Positions 51,590-64,000 of a DNA stretch of 64,000 nt are shown here, one piece after another. Position numbers and translations under genes: made by a program. Under the pieces are notes generated by a model. The model saw nothing but the letters and a program-made list of their open reading frames with translations. It ran no database searches and was not told the DNA's origin. Each line of letters opens with the position of its first letter. Positions within the stretch are counted from its first letter, which is position 1. The DNA comes from Octopus vulgaris (taxonomy: Eukaryota): assembly GCA_951406725.2 (NCBI GenBank), contig OX597815.1:145762001-145826000 (forward strand), given 5' to 3'.

Positions 51590-52220
51590 CTCAATGTATT
51601 AGCAGAGCAAAAGTGTTCAGATGAATTGACTGAGGAAAACAGTGATCGTGTTCATCAGAAGGCGATGATTGAGAGGCGACTGATTATAAATCAAATAACC
51701 AATGTGATTTGCATATCTCATTAGAGATATGGTAATAGTAGAATGAACTTGGCATGACGAACGTTTCTGCTCGGTAGGTCTTCTGACACCTAATCAAATG
51801 CACACCTGTCTGAACACATCACGGGAAGTATGACATTGCTTCAGGTAGATCCAACTGACTTCCCTACGGATTTCCTAACCTAGGATGAGTGTTGTATTTA
51901 TCACCTTGAACCTGAGACAAAGGAACAGTCTATGCCATTGCAACACCCATGTATACCCGCTCCAAAGAAACCCAAGGTCATTTTATCGGCAAGGAATATG
52001 ATGACATCAGCTTTTTGGGATGCAGCAAACATTGTATTTAATGGTTATCTTCAAAACGATCACACTGTCCATGGATAATACTATATCAACTTGCTGGCAG
52101 TTACAAGAAAACTGAAGAAAGAGGCCTTGTTTCAGCAGGAGAATGGTTCAGAACACAAGTCCTTGGTTTCAATGGCTGTTGAATGTGACTGCGGCTTTGA
52201 ACAACAGGTTGATCACAAAC
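51590..52220 (+). mobile_element. Mariner transposase remnant
   Basis: EEN..RV....IERRL, ELGM..VSAR, EPETKEQSM, PAPKK.K...SA..MM..FWD, FQQEN...HKS motifs with stops. Confidence 0.8.
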
Positions 52221-52269
52221 AGCCATACACAATAATTAATATATATACTTACTTGAATACTTATGTATA

Positions 52270-52454
52270 TGTGATAGATCGCTAGCTCCTACACATTCTT
52301 TATTTTCTCTCCTTGTTTCTTTCTGTGTTCCTTTCTGTGGAAGAGCGTAGGCTCGAAACGTTAAAGACTTTTCACTTCCCGAGCGTTATACTAATATATC
52401 TGTTTGTTGTCTACACCATCTGTCTTCGTTTTTTGTTGTTTTTTTGTGAATTCT

Positions 52455-52458
<4 letters not shown>
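52270..52458 (+). mobile_element. PLE-type terminal repeat with minimal hammerhead variant (52331-52366)
   Basis: CTTT CTGTGGA A GAGC gtag GCTC GAAAC GTT AAAG; 3' end abuts (TA)n. Confidence 0.7.
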
Positions 52459-52528
<70 letters not shown>

Positions 52529-52580
52529 ATATATATTTTTATATCTATGTGTATACAAACACACACACACACACACACAC

Positions 52581-52633
<53 letters not shown>

Positions 52634-52725
52634 GTATATGTATATATGGGCAACACTTGTTTATTTATCCTGATCAAATGTTCGTGCCGACATTAGCTCA
52701 CATTCTCCATCAAATATATATATAC

Positions 52726-52761
<36 letters not shown>

Positions 52762-53591
52762 ACCTATATCTATCTATCTATGTGTATATATATATATATA
52801 TATAGACACACATACATATAGGTATACACACACACTCACCCACACTTATCAAATGATTTTTGAATCTCTTGTAAAGTTTACATTTTACTGGAGTAGTTAT
52901 AAATTTCTATATACGCTAGTTTTACATTAAAATATATTCCTTTTATGACAAATAGATTTATTTAAAAATGATAATGCATTTGATGTGTTCAAGTATGCGT
53001 GTTTTATATGTTTATAAATTTTTAAAAAATGTCAATTATTCAGAAAGTTCGGTGTGATTCCGTTGATTTATGTAGAATTTGTATTTCATCTATAAACTTT
53101 TTTTTCCTGAAATTTTAAATAATTCTACAATGTACAAAGTTAACAAGCACACTTACAATAGAAACTCTTAAAATATTACTAATGTATAAGAATTATATCC
53201 AACCATATCATATTTCGTAATCTAATAGATATAACATATACTCAATACATATGTATTATGATTCATATCCTAATAGATTTAATATAGATGTTGAATGTGT
53301 GTATTATAATACTGGTATAATACGCAACTTTTAACAAGTTATATATTTTTATTGAATGATTTATGCAGTTTTCATTTTGCACAGGTTGCAAAGTTTTATT
53401 TCATTTACACAATCGGGAAATATAAATATAAATTCAGGATTATCCAATAATGAAGCATTTGATTAATATAAGTTCAATATTAAAATCGCAAAATATAAAC
53501 AATTTATTTTCTCTTTTTATCTCTTTCTATCGAATGGTTAGGCAAAGTCTAAAAGTCTATGACCCTTTACAATTGCCAATAAATGTAATGT

Positions 53592-53632
<41 letters not shown>

Positions 53633-53784
53633 AGTACCATCAAACCGGTAATTTAGTGCGAATGATTGCATCGCAGTGAACTCGGCACTGATTAAACGCA
53701 CACAAGGTGGGTAGTCGTGGTATTAAACTGGGCGAAGTATTAATCGTTTGAACCCGCGAGTATGATTTCGTTTTTGACGCAAAA

Positions 53785-54352
53785 GTGTCGAGTTATCTCT
53801 ATTTCTAGGTCTTTGGATTTTGAAAGTTTCTCCATTTCTTTTAGAGAAACGTTGTCATCTGCTGGTATTGATACATCAATTAGAAAGCATTTTTTTGCCT
53901 TCATGATCTCTGACAACTATATCTGGCCTATTGGCCTTAATTTCTCTATCTGTGTGTATTGGTTGCTTTCTCGTTTTCTGTGACCTTTTCTGGTGTGTGC
54001 CTATACCTTCATTTCATATTGTTAGCATAGCTTCCAGTGTATGTAGGTCCCAACTCTGTCGTGTCTGTAAATATATTCTTTCTTTAGCCAGGACTGGGCA
54101 GCCTGAGATAATATGGTTTATCTTTTCTTGTCCATTTCCATATGTTCTGCAGTTACTTGTTATGTTTCTTTTCCTTGTATGTTTTTGGTAATTTCTGGTT
54201 GGGAGGCTTTGGTCTTGTGCTGCAATTAAAAATCCACCCATCTCTGCTTTGAGTCCTGAGCTTCTCAACCGTTGCTGGGATTTTTCTCTGTCTATTTCTT
54301 TTGCATTTAGTTTAGCCCAGTATTTGCCATGACGGGGCTTTTCTTGCCATCG
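53785..54352 (-). mobile_element. R4/Dong-clade LINE fragment adjoining (TAA)n
   Basis: GLKAE..GFLIAAQDQSLPTRNY, CR..G...E.INHIISGCP, ANRPDIVVRD...CFLIDVSIP.D.N...KE.EK (RLE PD..D/K). Confidence 0.88.
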
Positions 54353-54862
<510 letters not shown>

Positions 54863-55344
54863 ACAACCGGAGTGTTAACCTTCATAAAACGAGTAACTTT
54901 GTAAATATGTTTTCACCACCATGAGTACCATTAGGAAACATTATATACACGCGATACATTTCAGCTTTTATCAACTTTCTTGGCGGTTTTACAAAATGAT
55001 GAAAGGAATACTAATTTTTCAAAAACAAAACTCTTCATAACGAATGTTAACCTCCGTATAACGTCTCCTATAACTACTTAATTTGCTTTCTCTCCTCCTT
55101 CCCTCCCTCAAGCATAGAAGTTGCATCCATCATGCATCCCTTTTGTTAACTCTCCGTCTTTATCTCTGACTCTCTCGTTCCATCTCGCTATACAATGTAA
55201 ATTAGGTTTGGACAACTAACCAATATACCAACGGACATTTATTTCGGTTATTATTATCTAAAGATTCATTTAGCATTTTATCAATCCTGAAAATAAAGCA
55301 TATAAATGACTGATTGTTTGGAAAGATTATTAAGGACCACTTAC

Positions 55345-55531
55345 CTATATAAATGTTTGCCCTCTTCCCAACGTAGCGGTCGGGTTCCATCGCATGACAT
55401 ATTCAAATGAAAGGATGGACCATTTAAGTTAGTCGTGTGCCGGGCCAAAACTATCAATGCATCTGTCCAAATCTTTGTCGCTCTTTCAATGAGCAGTTTC
55501 ATATGGTTCATCTCAAACTCAAATGAAATAC
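55345..55531 (-). CDS. GRIN2: Exon of NMDA-type glutamate receptor GluN2-like subunit (end of amino-terminal domain)
   Basis: Minus strand: tttgtattccag|GT ATT TCA... open for 187 nt ...TTA TAT AG|gtaagt. Translates (G)ISFEFEMNHMKLLIERATKIWTDALIVLARHTTNLNGPSFHLNMSCDGTRPLRWEEGKHLY(R). The SC...W..G..LYR pattern resembles invertebrate NR2. Phase 1 in, phase 2 out, matching the next exon. Confidence 0.85.
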
Positions 55532-55861
55532 CTGGAATACAAACGAAAATAGAACTAAACCATTATCACAATCATTCATTCTATCATGATGTGAATTCTG
55601 AAACAAGAGCGGAACAAATTGAATATATATAGGTGTACTGGAACACGAGGAGACACGTGGCATGTAAATCCACTGAAGCGGTCACAGGATGTGTGACGAA
55701 AGATTTCAGACAAAGGATACTGAAAGAAAAATAATAAATCTGAAGTTAAGAACGAATAAGAAGTGTGTGTGTTTATTCGGGAAAAAATGACCTTCCCGAA
55801 ATATAAGAATATGTTTCAACACACGATTTCACGTCAGGATCTTTCAAAACAAATAAAACAA

Positions 55862-55893
<32 letters not shown>

Positions 55894-55923
55894 GTACACA
55901 CACACACACACACACACGTTTAT

Positions 55924-56225
55924 GTGAGAGCGCATGGCTTAGTGGTTAGGCTGTTGCATCCACGATCCAGCGATCATGGTTTCAATTCCTGGACTGTGTG
56001 ATGCGTTGCGTTCTTGAGCAGAACACTTCATCTCACGTTATTCTGCGATCGCTTCCGTCACCTGATACTTGGTACACCTGTGCACCTGTTCAGTCAACGA
56101 TGATTTGACGGAGAGAGTGAGCCGATGTGCGACGCAAACGTTTGATCACTAGAAACAAATCATTTGTGCTGGTTGTTCTACAGAAGCCGAACGCTCATAG
56201 TCGTCTCCGAGGTGAGTGTCCGTAA
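55924..56225 (+). mobile_element. SINE family D
   Basis: GCGCATGGCTTAGTGGTTAGG...GGTTTCAATTCC; colinear with 14420. Confidence 0.8.
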
Positions 56226-56254
56226 TATACATATGCGTGTATTATTTCGCCCTT

Positions 56255-56402
56255 CCGTTGTGTTCTGAGTTCAAATTCCGCCGAGGTCGACTTTACCTTT
56301 CATCCTTTCGGTGTCAATGAATTAAATACCAGTCGGGCTCGATCCAAGACGACTGGCTCCCTCCCCCAACATTTCGGGCGTTGTGCCCAGAGTAAAAAAG
56401 AA
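56255..56402 (+). mobile_element. SINE family B, 5'-truncated
   Basis: GTTCTGAGTTCAAATTCCGCCGAGGTCGAC. Confidence 0.8.
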
Positions 56403-56484
56403 TGTACATATGCATGTATATGAATATGCGTATACAGACATACATACATACATACATACGTACATACATACATACATACATACA

Positions 56485-56520
<36 letters not shown>

Positions 56521-56792
56521 TATATATACATATGTATATATATCAACAAAAATATATGTATGCATATCGGTTATATGTAAGTGTATATACATCTATGTAT
56601 GCATGTGTATCTGTGTGTTTGTGTGTGTGTGTATGTATGTGTATATATATATATATATACATGTGTGTGTGTGTGTATTCATACATAATCATTTGTACAG
56701 GGCATTCTACAGAAGCTGAACGCTCATAGTCGTCTCCGAAGTGAGAGTCCCTAATATACATACATACATACACACATACATGCCTATATCTA

Positions 56793-56827
<35 letters not shown>

Positions 56828-56938
56828 ATATATATATAATATACATCAACAAAAATATAAGTATGCATATACGGTTATAAGCAAGTGTATATACATTTAT
56901 GTATGCATGTGTATCTTTACACACACACACACACACAC

Positions 56939-56971
<33 letters not shown>

Positions 56972-57667
56972 TGTATGTATGTATGTATGTATGTATGTAT
57001 GTATGTATAAGTATCGAATACTTCATATATGGCTGTGATTCCCCAATCTGAAGAACCTACTTTTTCCGTCTTAAAAGGTGAATAAAATCCAGTTATGACA
57101 CGTTATGTGTTATTTATAGCGAAAAAGAGAAGCGATGCAAAATACTTCAGCGTCCATGACAAAATAGAGAGAGGTCAATCCAATTATGTGCGACTCAAAC
57201 TATTATGAGCTGATATCTATAGAGAAAACATTCGCTAGAGAAAACTGATTGAGCTAGAATTATGGGAAAGAAAGATTAAGTGGTGTTTAATGCAACATAA
57301 ACAAATTGAGAAATAGTAAGTAAATGATAGGGAAAAATGGCATCTGCACTGATTAGGTCTTCCGACGGTCGTTCCCCAGTTGTAAGGTTTAAGGTCAGAG
57401 ACCGTCATAGTAATAGCTGTAGCAGCAGAAGGATCTATGATAAATAACCAGCTAAAATAATATGCGTGTTTATCATATGTTCCCTCCGCACAAAACACCG
57501 TAGTTAAAGTAGTTTGAGAGAATTCATTCAAAAACCTGTTAAGTTTACTCACTTATTTCACTACAACCAATGTATTTACTTGTGCTTGCGGTAGTATTCA
57601 CTCGGGGCGGATTGAGTCAGCTCCGACCAACGTCTTTAGCATGTCCCTCACAAATGCTGACCATACA

Positions 57668-58095
57668 GGCGTAGGAGTGGCTGTGTGGTAAGTAGCTTGC
57701 TTACCAATCACATGGTTCCGGGTTCATTCCCACTGCAAAGTACCTTGGTAAAGTGTCTTCTACTATAGCCTGAGGCCGAGCAAAGCCTTGTGAGTGGATT
57801 TGGTAGTCGGAAACTGAAAGAAGCCCGTCGTATATATGTATATATATATATATGTATGTGTGTGTATATGTTTGTGTGTCTATGTTTGTCCCCCCCCCCC
57901 ACCAACATCACTTGACAACCGATGGTGGTGTGTTTACGTCACCGTAACTTAGCGGTTTGGCAAAAGAGACCGATAGAATAAGTACTAGGCTTCCAAAGAA
58001 TATGTCCTGGGGTCGATTTGCTCGATTAAAGGCGTTGCTCTAACATGGTCGCAGTCAAATGACTGAAGCATGTAAAAGAGTAAAGAGTTAAGAGT
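57668..58095 (+). mobile_element. SINE family A, full length
   Basis: Colinear with the other copies; AAGAGT tail repeats. Confidence 0.92.
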
Positions 58096-58099
58096 ATAT

Positions 58100-58545
58100 C
58101 AGAGAGTCGGCCTCAGTCGAGGCTGCAATGGGTACCCTCTCCCGGTTCCGCCGCTGAATACCTTAGGCGCGGGAGCCTGATTGTGCTAGCCACGTCTACA
58201 TTTGTGCTGAACTTGTTTGCATCAGCCTTGGAGGGGATCTTGGTTAGCCGTCTTGTGAATGAATTTCCCCGTAGGCTGACGGAGAGTATGGCAAGTCATC
58301 TTAGACGTTCTGTGAGTAAAGATTGTTGCAGAGTTAATGCGGCAGCGTTGTCGTATTTCGGGGTTCGAAATGAAGTCCGATGGGCGAACACGGAAGATTT
58401 TCGCGTAGTGATCGAAAACTTTGAGTTTTTGGAGACCTTCAGCTCTCACGGGCCATGTTTCGCACCCATAAAGAAGGATGGTTCGGATAAGCGCTTGGAA
58501 AATAGGCATTTTCGTGCAAATTCTAATCTCCGACATGTGTAAACT
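58100..58545 (-). mobile_element. RTE-clade LINE 3' fragment
   Basis: TK..IFQALIRTILLYGCETW...KLKVFD....IFRV...DFISN.EI. Confidence 0.85.
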
Positions 58546-58682
58546 GCCAGTATGTATGCGTGTATAAACTCTTGGCATGTATGTACAAACTGCTAGTACG
58601 CATAAACAAACTTCTAGTATATTACTCTTTTACTCATTCTAGCCAGACAACTGCGGTCATGCTGGAGTACCACCGTATAAAC

Positions 58683-58900
58683 TACAAGGTGTTCAAAAAG
58701 TCTCTCTGCATTAGGCATTTAATGGTTTTCGGGCGATTCTTGTACACTGATTCTTTACTTGCTCCCCAGAAAAAAAAGTCTGGCGGCGTTAAAGCATGTG
58801 ATCTTGGTGGCCAAAGTCCCTTCGAAATAATCTGTTCACCAAAAGAACTCTTGAAGTAGCGCCATGGTGATGTGCAGGATGAAAAAATCACCGCAGAGAA
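58683..58900 (-). mobile_element. Tc1/mariner 3' remnant with TIR
   Basis: IISKGLWPPRS..LTPPDFFFWG..K..VY..RP.T; terminus TA|CAAGGTGTTCAAAAAGTC. Confidence 0.8.
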
Positions 58901-59331
58901 TGTACTAACGTTTATAAGTAAAACAAATTACTACAGTTTATATATAACAGATTTACTAGAGTCAACAACTCTCAGATATACGGTTTTCAGTCTTTACATA
59001 AGACGTGATAAGCTGCTTTAATGTAAAAAATCAAGGACGGCACAGATTTGGCAATGTAGTTTAGAAGTTCACTTCGAATCCCATTGCATGTAACCTTGGG
59101 ATTATATTGTCTACTACACACTCGATTTAAGCAAAGACTGTCAGTAAAATATGATTGACGAAAGTTTACCAGATAGACTGTTCTTATTTTCAGTGGTTAA
59201 AACATTTCGCAGTTTATTCAGTTGTAATACTTATTTTTAGGTATAAACCCTGGCAGTGTATATATACATTTTAATAGTTTATACATAGTAGTTTGTACAT
59301 GCATGCTAGGAGTTTATACATACGTATAACC

Positions 59332-59697
59332 TGGCACTCCGTCGGTTACGATGACGAGGGTTCCAGTTGATCCGATCAACGGAACAGCCTGTTCGTGAAA
59401 TTAACGTGCAAGTGGCTGAGCACTCCACAGACACGTGAATCGGGGAGATTCAGCGTGACACAGAGTTTGACAAGGCTGGCCTTTTGAAATACAGGTACAA
59501 GAGAAACAGGAAGAAAGAGTGAGAGAAAACTGTGGTGAACGAGTACAGCAGGGTTCGCCACCATCCCCTGCCGGATCCTCGTGGAACCTCGTAGGTGTTT
59601 TCGCTCAATAAACACTCACAATGCCCGGTCTGGGAATTGAAACCGCAATCCTACGACTTCGAGTCCATTGCCCGAATCACTAGGCCATTGCGCCTCC
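59332..59697 (-). mobile_element. SINE family C, full length
   Basis: rc GGAGGCGCAATGGCCTAGTG...GGTTTCAATTCCCAGACC...CGACGGAGTGCCA. Confidence 0.9.
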
Positions 59698-61524
59698 GTA
59701 CATGCGTACATACTAGTAGTTTATACATACTACAAGCAGTTTATACACACATACCCTCAGTTCATATATACATATAAAGTAGTTTATAGCAACTCAAAAA
59801 TTAATGGAGTCTCCACATATCGTTCGGCCTGGAGGAAATAGTAACCAAATTTTCCTCAAAACACACTGTAGATAATGTAGCCCTACGCACATCCAAGACA
59901 ATGTGATAATTACGGGTGGAACTCTTTTGAGGATACGTCTACCTATTCAGGATTGAACAGCGGATAAACGACAAAAATAACACCAGTGGCCGTAGTAGCC
60001 GCAGCAACAGCAACAGCGGCCTCAAGACTAACAAAAGGAGCTCCTCAGTTGATATTCGCTCTGCTAAGAATATTTCAAAGATCTCTCAAAATATGCGTTA
60101 AAGAAGGAAAAATTGAATAAAGGAAACGGAAATATAAAACACCTTAAGAAGGAGAGATGGTCATTGCCAGAATGCCTTTAATGAATCTGCTATTAAAAAA
60201 TCAGAAACCACAAGGTAAAAAGCTGAAATCTTTCCCACAAACATCCAATATTATTGTCTAAATTAATTCACATTTTCTAATGTAGAACAAAACAAATATT
60301 ATTTGAAGTTTTGCTAAGATAATTAATAGCTAAAATAATTAAAGATAAACTCTTTTTGTTTATAATTAATAATTCTATTTCTAATTAGTGATTATTCTTG
60401 TGCTTGGCCGCAGGTCAGTCCTGGTCAAGCTAGAATTAAAGGCGTGTTCACCATGATTACCAAATATTTATTTTATTTCAGACGCAAGTCTATAGTGTCC
60501 AACCTACCATTGCTTTTGTTGTAGTTGGTAAAGAAAGATTTGAGGAGGATTTACCTGTTACTTCTAACATTTTGAGGCTCCTATGTTAATCTAAGACCAC
60601 GATATGTGTTAGAATGACTTGAGAAGAAACAAATGACATTACGAACAGTCTGCCAGTTATTTTGTCCTCCCAACACCCTGAAATGCTTCTTGTCTTGTTT
60701 TCGATCCAATGGTTATACAAACAACATAAAGCGTATAATCAAACAAGTTCCAGCCGTGAACATCTCATTTTTTATGAGTATATCTAGGACTATATTATCC
60801 AATATACTTTTCTTTATTTAAAACGCTATTGTGAGATTTGAGAATGATTTAGTTGTTATTTCTTGGAAATCATATATCCACTTACAGAAGCCAACACTGA
60901 CCCGATAATCGCTAATACCAGGAAACTGATCAGAGCCAGCAATAAGAGCAATGGATATTAGATGAGAGTACAAGGTTTTAAGATTAGGGTAGGTTTTAAA
61001 TACGTAGTGTAGTTTGAGAGAGATTTGGTTGCTATTTCTAGCTAGGGAAGTAGTTAATTGAGAATCTAGCAGGAACTCAATACACATTCACATCAGGGGC
61101 TTCACGGGAGTCAGCCAAAGTCAAAACAGACTGATACAAGGTTCATTTCAGCTTGTGAAGATGAAATACCAAGCAGGCAATGTCATTCTAAAATGCATTA
61201 GATCATTCTAAAATTCATCGTGAGCTCAGACCCAGCGGGATTATAGAACAGCTAGAAGTAGCAGGCGAATCCCCTTCGACTCTTGCGCTACCAACTAAAC
61301 CAATGCCATTAACAGATTAGAAAAGAATATAGTCTTAAGTCTGAAGACACGAATAAAGTTTGAGGGTTCGCGATGAAAGCGCCTCCGATTAAAGGTTTGG
61401 TCAATCACGACTGAAACCCTCTACAGTCAAACATAACAAACAACAATAACAACAGCCACTTTATTGTCATCAACATCAACAACACTCCTTATTAGAGTAT
61501 CATCATCATCATCACCAACAACAA

Positions 61525-61827
61525 ATAGTAGTAGTATTAGTTATAGTAGTAGTACTACTACAACTGCTGCTGCTGCTACTATTACTACTATTACTACTAC
61601 TGCTGCTACTATTACTACCACTACTGCTGCTACTACTGCTGCTGCTGCTACTACTACTACTACTACTACTACTGCTGCTGCTGTTACTACTACTACTAGT
61701 ACTACTAGTACTACTACTGCTGTTACTACTCCTACTAGTACTACTACTAGTACTACAACAACCACTACTACTACTACTGTTGCTACTACCACCACTACTG
61801 CTGCTGATGCTACTACTACTACTGCTG

Positions 61828-61861
<34 letters not shown>

Positions 61862-61935
61862 CACTGCTGCTGCAACTACTACTACCACTACTACTACTAC
61901 TGCAACTACTACTACTACTGACACTGTTGCTGCTT
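61525..61935. repeat. Compound (CTA/CTG)n trinucleotide tract
   Basis: Direct reading; source of the Thr/Ala- and Val-rich ORFs. Confidence 0.9.
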
Positions 61936-62133
61936 CATTTCTGGCTACCGTTTGCCGAGGGAGCAAGCAATGGGAGGTTTTTATGTTAATTGGCAATACG
62001 TGTAGCGATACGTCAAACTTAAATTTAACATCCGTCCCTCAACTGAAAAATGGGTAATCTACGTACACACGACACGCACTCACACACACGCGCACACACA
62101 CTCACACACGCTCACCCCCCCACACACACAGAG

Positions 62134-62173
<40 letters not shown>

Positions 62174-62418
62174 ATTTAAACATTTAGGCAGTATGCAGCA
62201 AAACGAGCCCCGCAATTTATAGGCAGAGCTTGACAAATGCGCCAACAAGACGACGTTATTCGTTGCTACATCAAATACTATAAAGCATTATTTACAACAG
62301 AACACTATTAGCACCTGCCTAACATTCCGAGCCTCACAGCAATAACCATGTAAAATATGGAAGGTTGTTCTGTTGTGCCATCTACATATTCATTGTCCAG
62401 ACGCATCTGTACATATCG

Positions 62419-62642
62419 TGGCACTCCGTCGGTTGCGACGGTGAGCGTTCCAGTTGCTCCGATCAACGGAACAGCCTGCTCGTGAAATTAACTTGCAAGT
62501 GGCTAAGCATTCCACAGACCTTAACGTGTACCCTTAACGTAGTACTCTGAGAGAAACAGCGTGACACAGAGTGTGACAAGGCTGGCCCTTTGAAATACAG
62601 GTACAACAGAAACAGGAAGAAAGAGTGAGAGAAAGTTGTGGT
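62419..62642 (-). mobile_element. SINE family C 3' half
   Basis: TGGCACTCCGTCGG...AAGAGTGAGAGAAAGTTGTGG. Confidence 0.85.
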
Positions 62643-62649
62643 TTGATCC

Positions 62650-63017
62650 AGAGTGCTTTAAAAATATTTTTTTAAGCTAGGTTCTTATTTTATCGGAGAC
62701 TTTAGCCGAACTGCTGTTACTGCAACGTAAGCACATTAAGCGAATTGTCATACAGTGGTGAGGCTCAAACACAGACACAAGGACACACTCTCTCTCTCAC
62801 ACACACACACATACACACACACACAAACACACACTCACACACACTCACATACACTCACACTCGACGGGCGTCTTTCTGTTTCCGTCTACTAAATCCAGTT
62901 GCAAGGCTTTGGTTGGCCCGAGGCTATAGTAGATGAAATTTGCCCCAGGTGTCACACAGTGGGACTGAACCCGGAACAAAGTGGTCGGGAAGCAAGCTTC
63001 TTACCACACAGCCACGC
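62650..63017 (-). mobile_element. SINE family A, diverged
   Basis: GCCCGAGGCTATAGTAG...GGGACTGAACCCGGAA...TTACCACACAGCC. Confidence 0.8.
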
Positions 63018-64000
63018 TGAATAAAATAAGTTTGCTTTATAGGCACGTATACACACCATAATTCACACACTTACATAATACACACATACACACATTCACA
63101 GTGAGTAAATGTATAATAGATATTTATATCAGTGAATTTGTTAAACGCATGCACATACACATACACACACACACAATCTCATGCACACATCCACACGCCA
63201 GCACAAACTCTTACACATAAAGACAATGAATCAATCACGCCCGCACACACATGCACTCACATATTATGAGTAGGCATACATATCAGTTTGTTTGTTTCAG
63301 AAACACAACTGAACACTGTCATGCACATGCACACACACGAAGACATTCTCACAGACGCATATACAGGCACCCATATAGAATTTCACCGAGTAGAGATGAT
63401 GTGGGAATAAAGGGAAATAACTTATGTTGTAAAAGTCAAAATACCAGGGGAGACATAAAAATAAAAGTCGTACAATAATCTATAGCAGACATATTGTATT
63501 TGTAAAGGTTAACAGTCAGCAAAGAACAAAAAAGAAAACAAAAGGAAAAAAATGAACAAAAAAAGTTATATATCGGAATATATATATATATTTCGAAACC
63601 ATCTGTCACAATCGTTTTTATTTCGCCATTTTTCATCTCGATTCTCAGTTGATAGCGCCAAAAGGACTTGAATTTTTGTGTTAAAAGTTTTTAAATGGTT
63701 GGTACGAACAACAATACATTTGGAATGAAATGGTTGCCGCTGGCATAGCAGTGGTGGTTGTGAGATTTGTTTCGTAAACTATGCGGTTCCAGCCTTGATC
63801 AAACTGTGCAGCAGCTTGAGTTGACCGACATCTCAGGAATGGAATTTAATAAACGGATACTACATGGAACAGCCTTGTATGTATGAATGTATGTATGTAT
63901 GTATGCATGCATGTATGCATGTTTGTATGTATGCATTTATGCATGTACATATATACATAAACGTGTATATACAGATGTATATATGCATACAAACACGGCA

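Noticed and set aside
61464-62057. 197-aa Thr/Ala-rich mucin-like ORF
   Set aside because: Compound trinucleotide repeat, open on both strands, with no convincing splice sites or non-repeat domain.
62313-62410. Possible upstream GluN2 exon ending G-M-L-G on the minus strand
   Set aside because: It needs a weak non-canonical GC donor, and the upstream peptide does not resemble NR2.

Overview
AT-rich, microsatellite-saturated animal genomic DNA. The SINE/LINE/Penelope repertoire is most consistent with a coleoid cephalopod such as Octopus (inference). The window lies inside a large minus-strand gene. Three phase-compatible GT-AG exons (55531-55345, 41172-41049, 19848-19637) splice into the end of the amino-terminal domain and start of S1 of an NMDA receptor GluN2-type subunit. 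Almost all other ORFs in the track are microsatellite or transposon artefacts. The introns hold at least five tRNA-headed SINE families, Tx1, R4/Dong, RTE and CR1-like LINE remnants, Tc1/mariner remnants, MITEs and Penelope-like element (PLE) remnants. The most notable signal is a cluster of about ten type I hammerhead-ribozyme motifs in three kinds of carrier. (i) A 450-bp insertion made of about 1.3 copies of a 352-nt monomer with an extended hammerhead and a 10-bp TSD, a non-LTR retrozyme architecture, nested in a PLE. (ii) A tRNA-headed SINE with a PLE-type minimal hammerhead and a 5' fold-back. (iii) PLE terminal repeats abutting (TA)n, some as head-to-head palindromes. Repeat boundaries were read by eye and are approximate unless stated otherwise.
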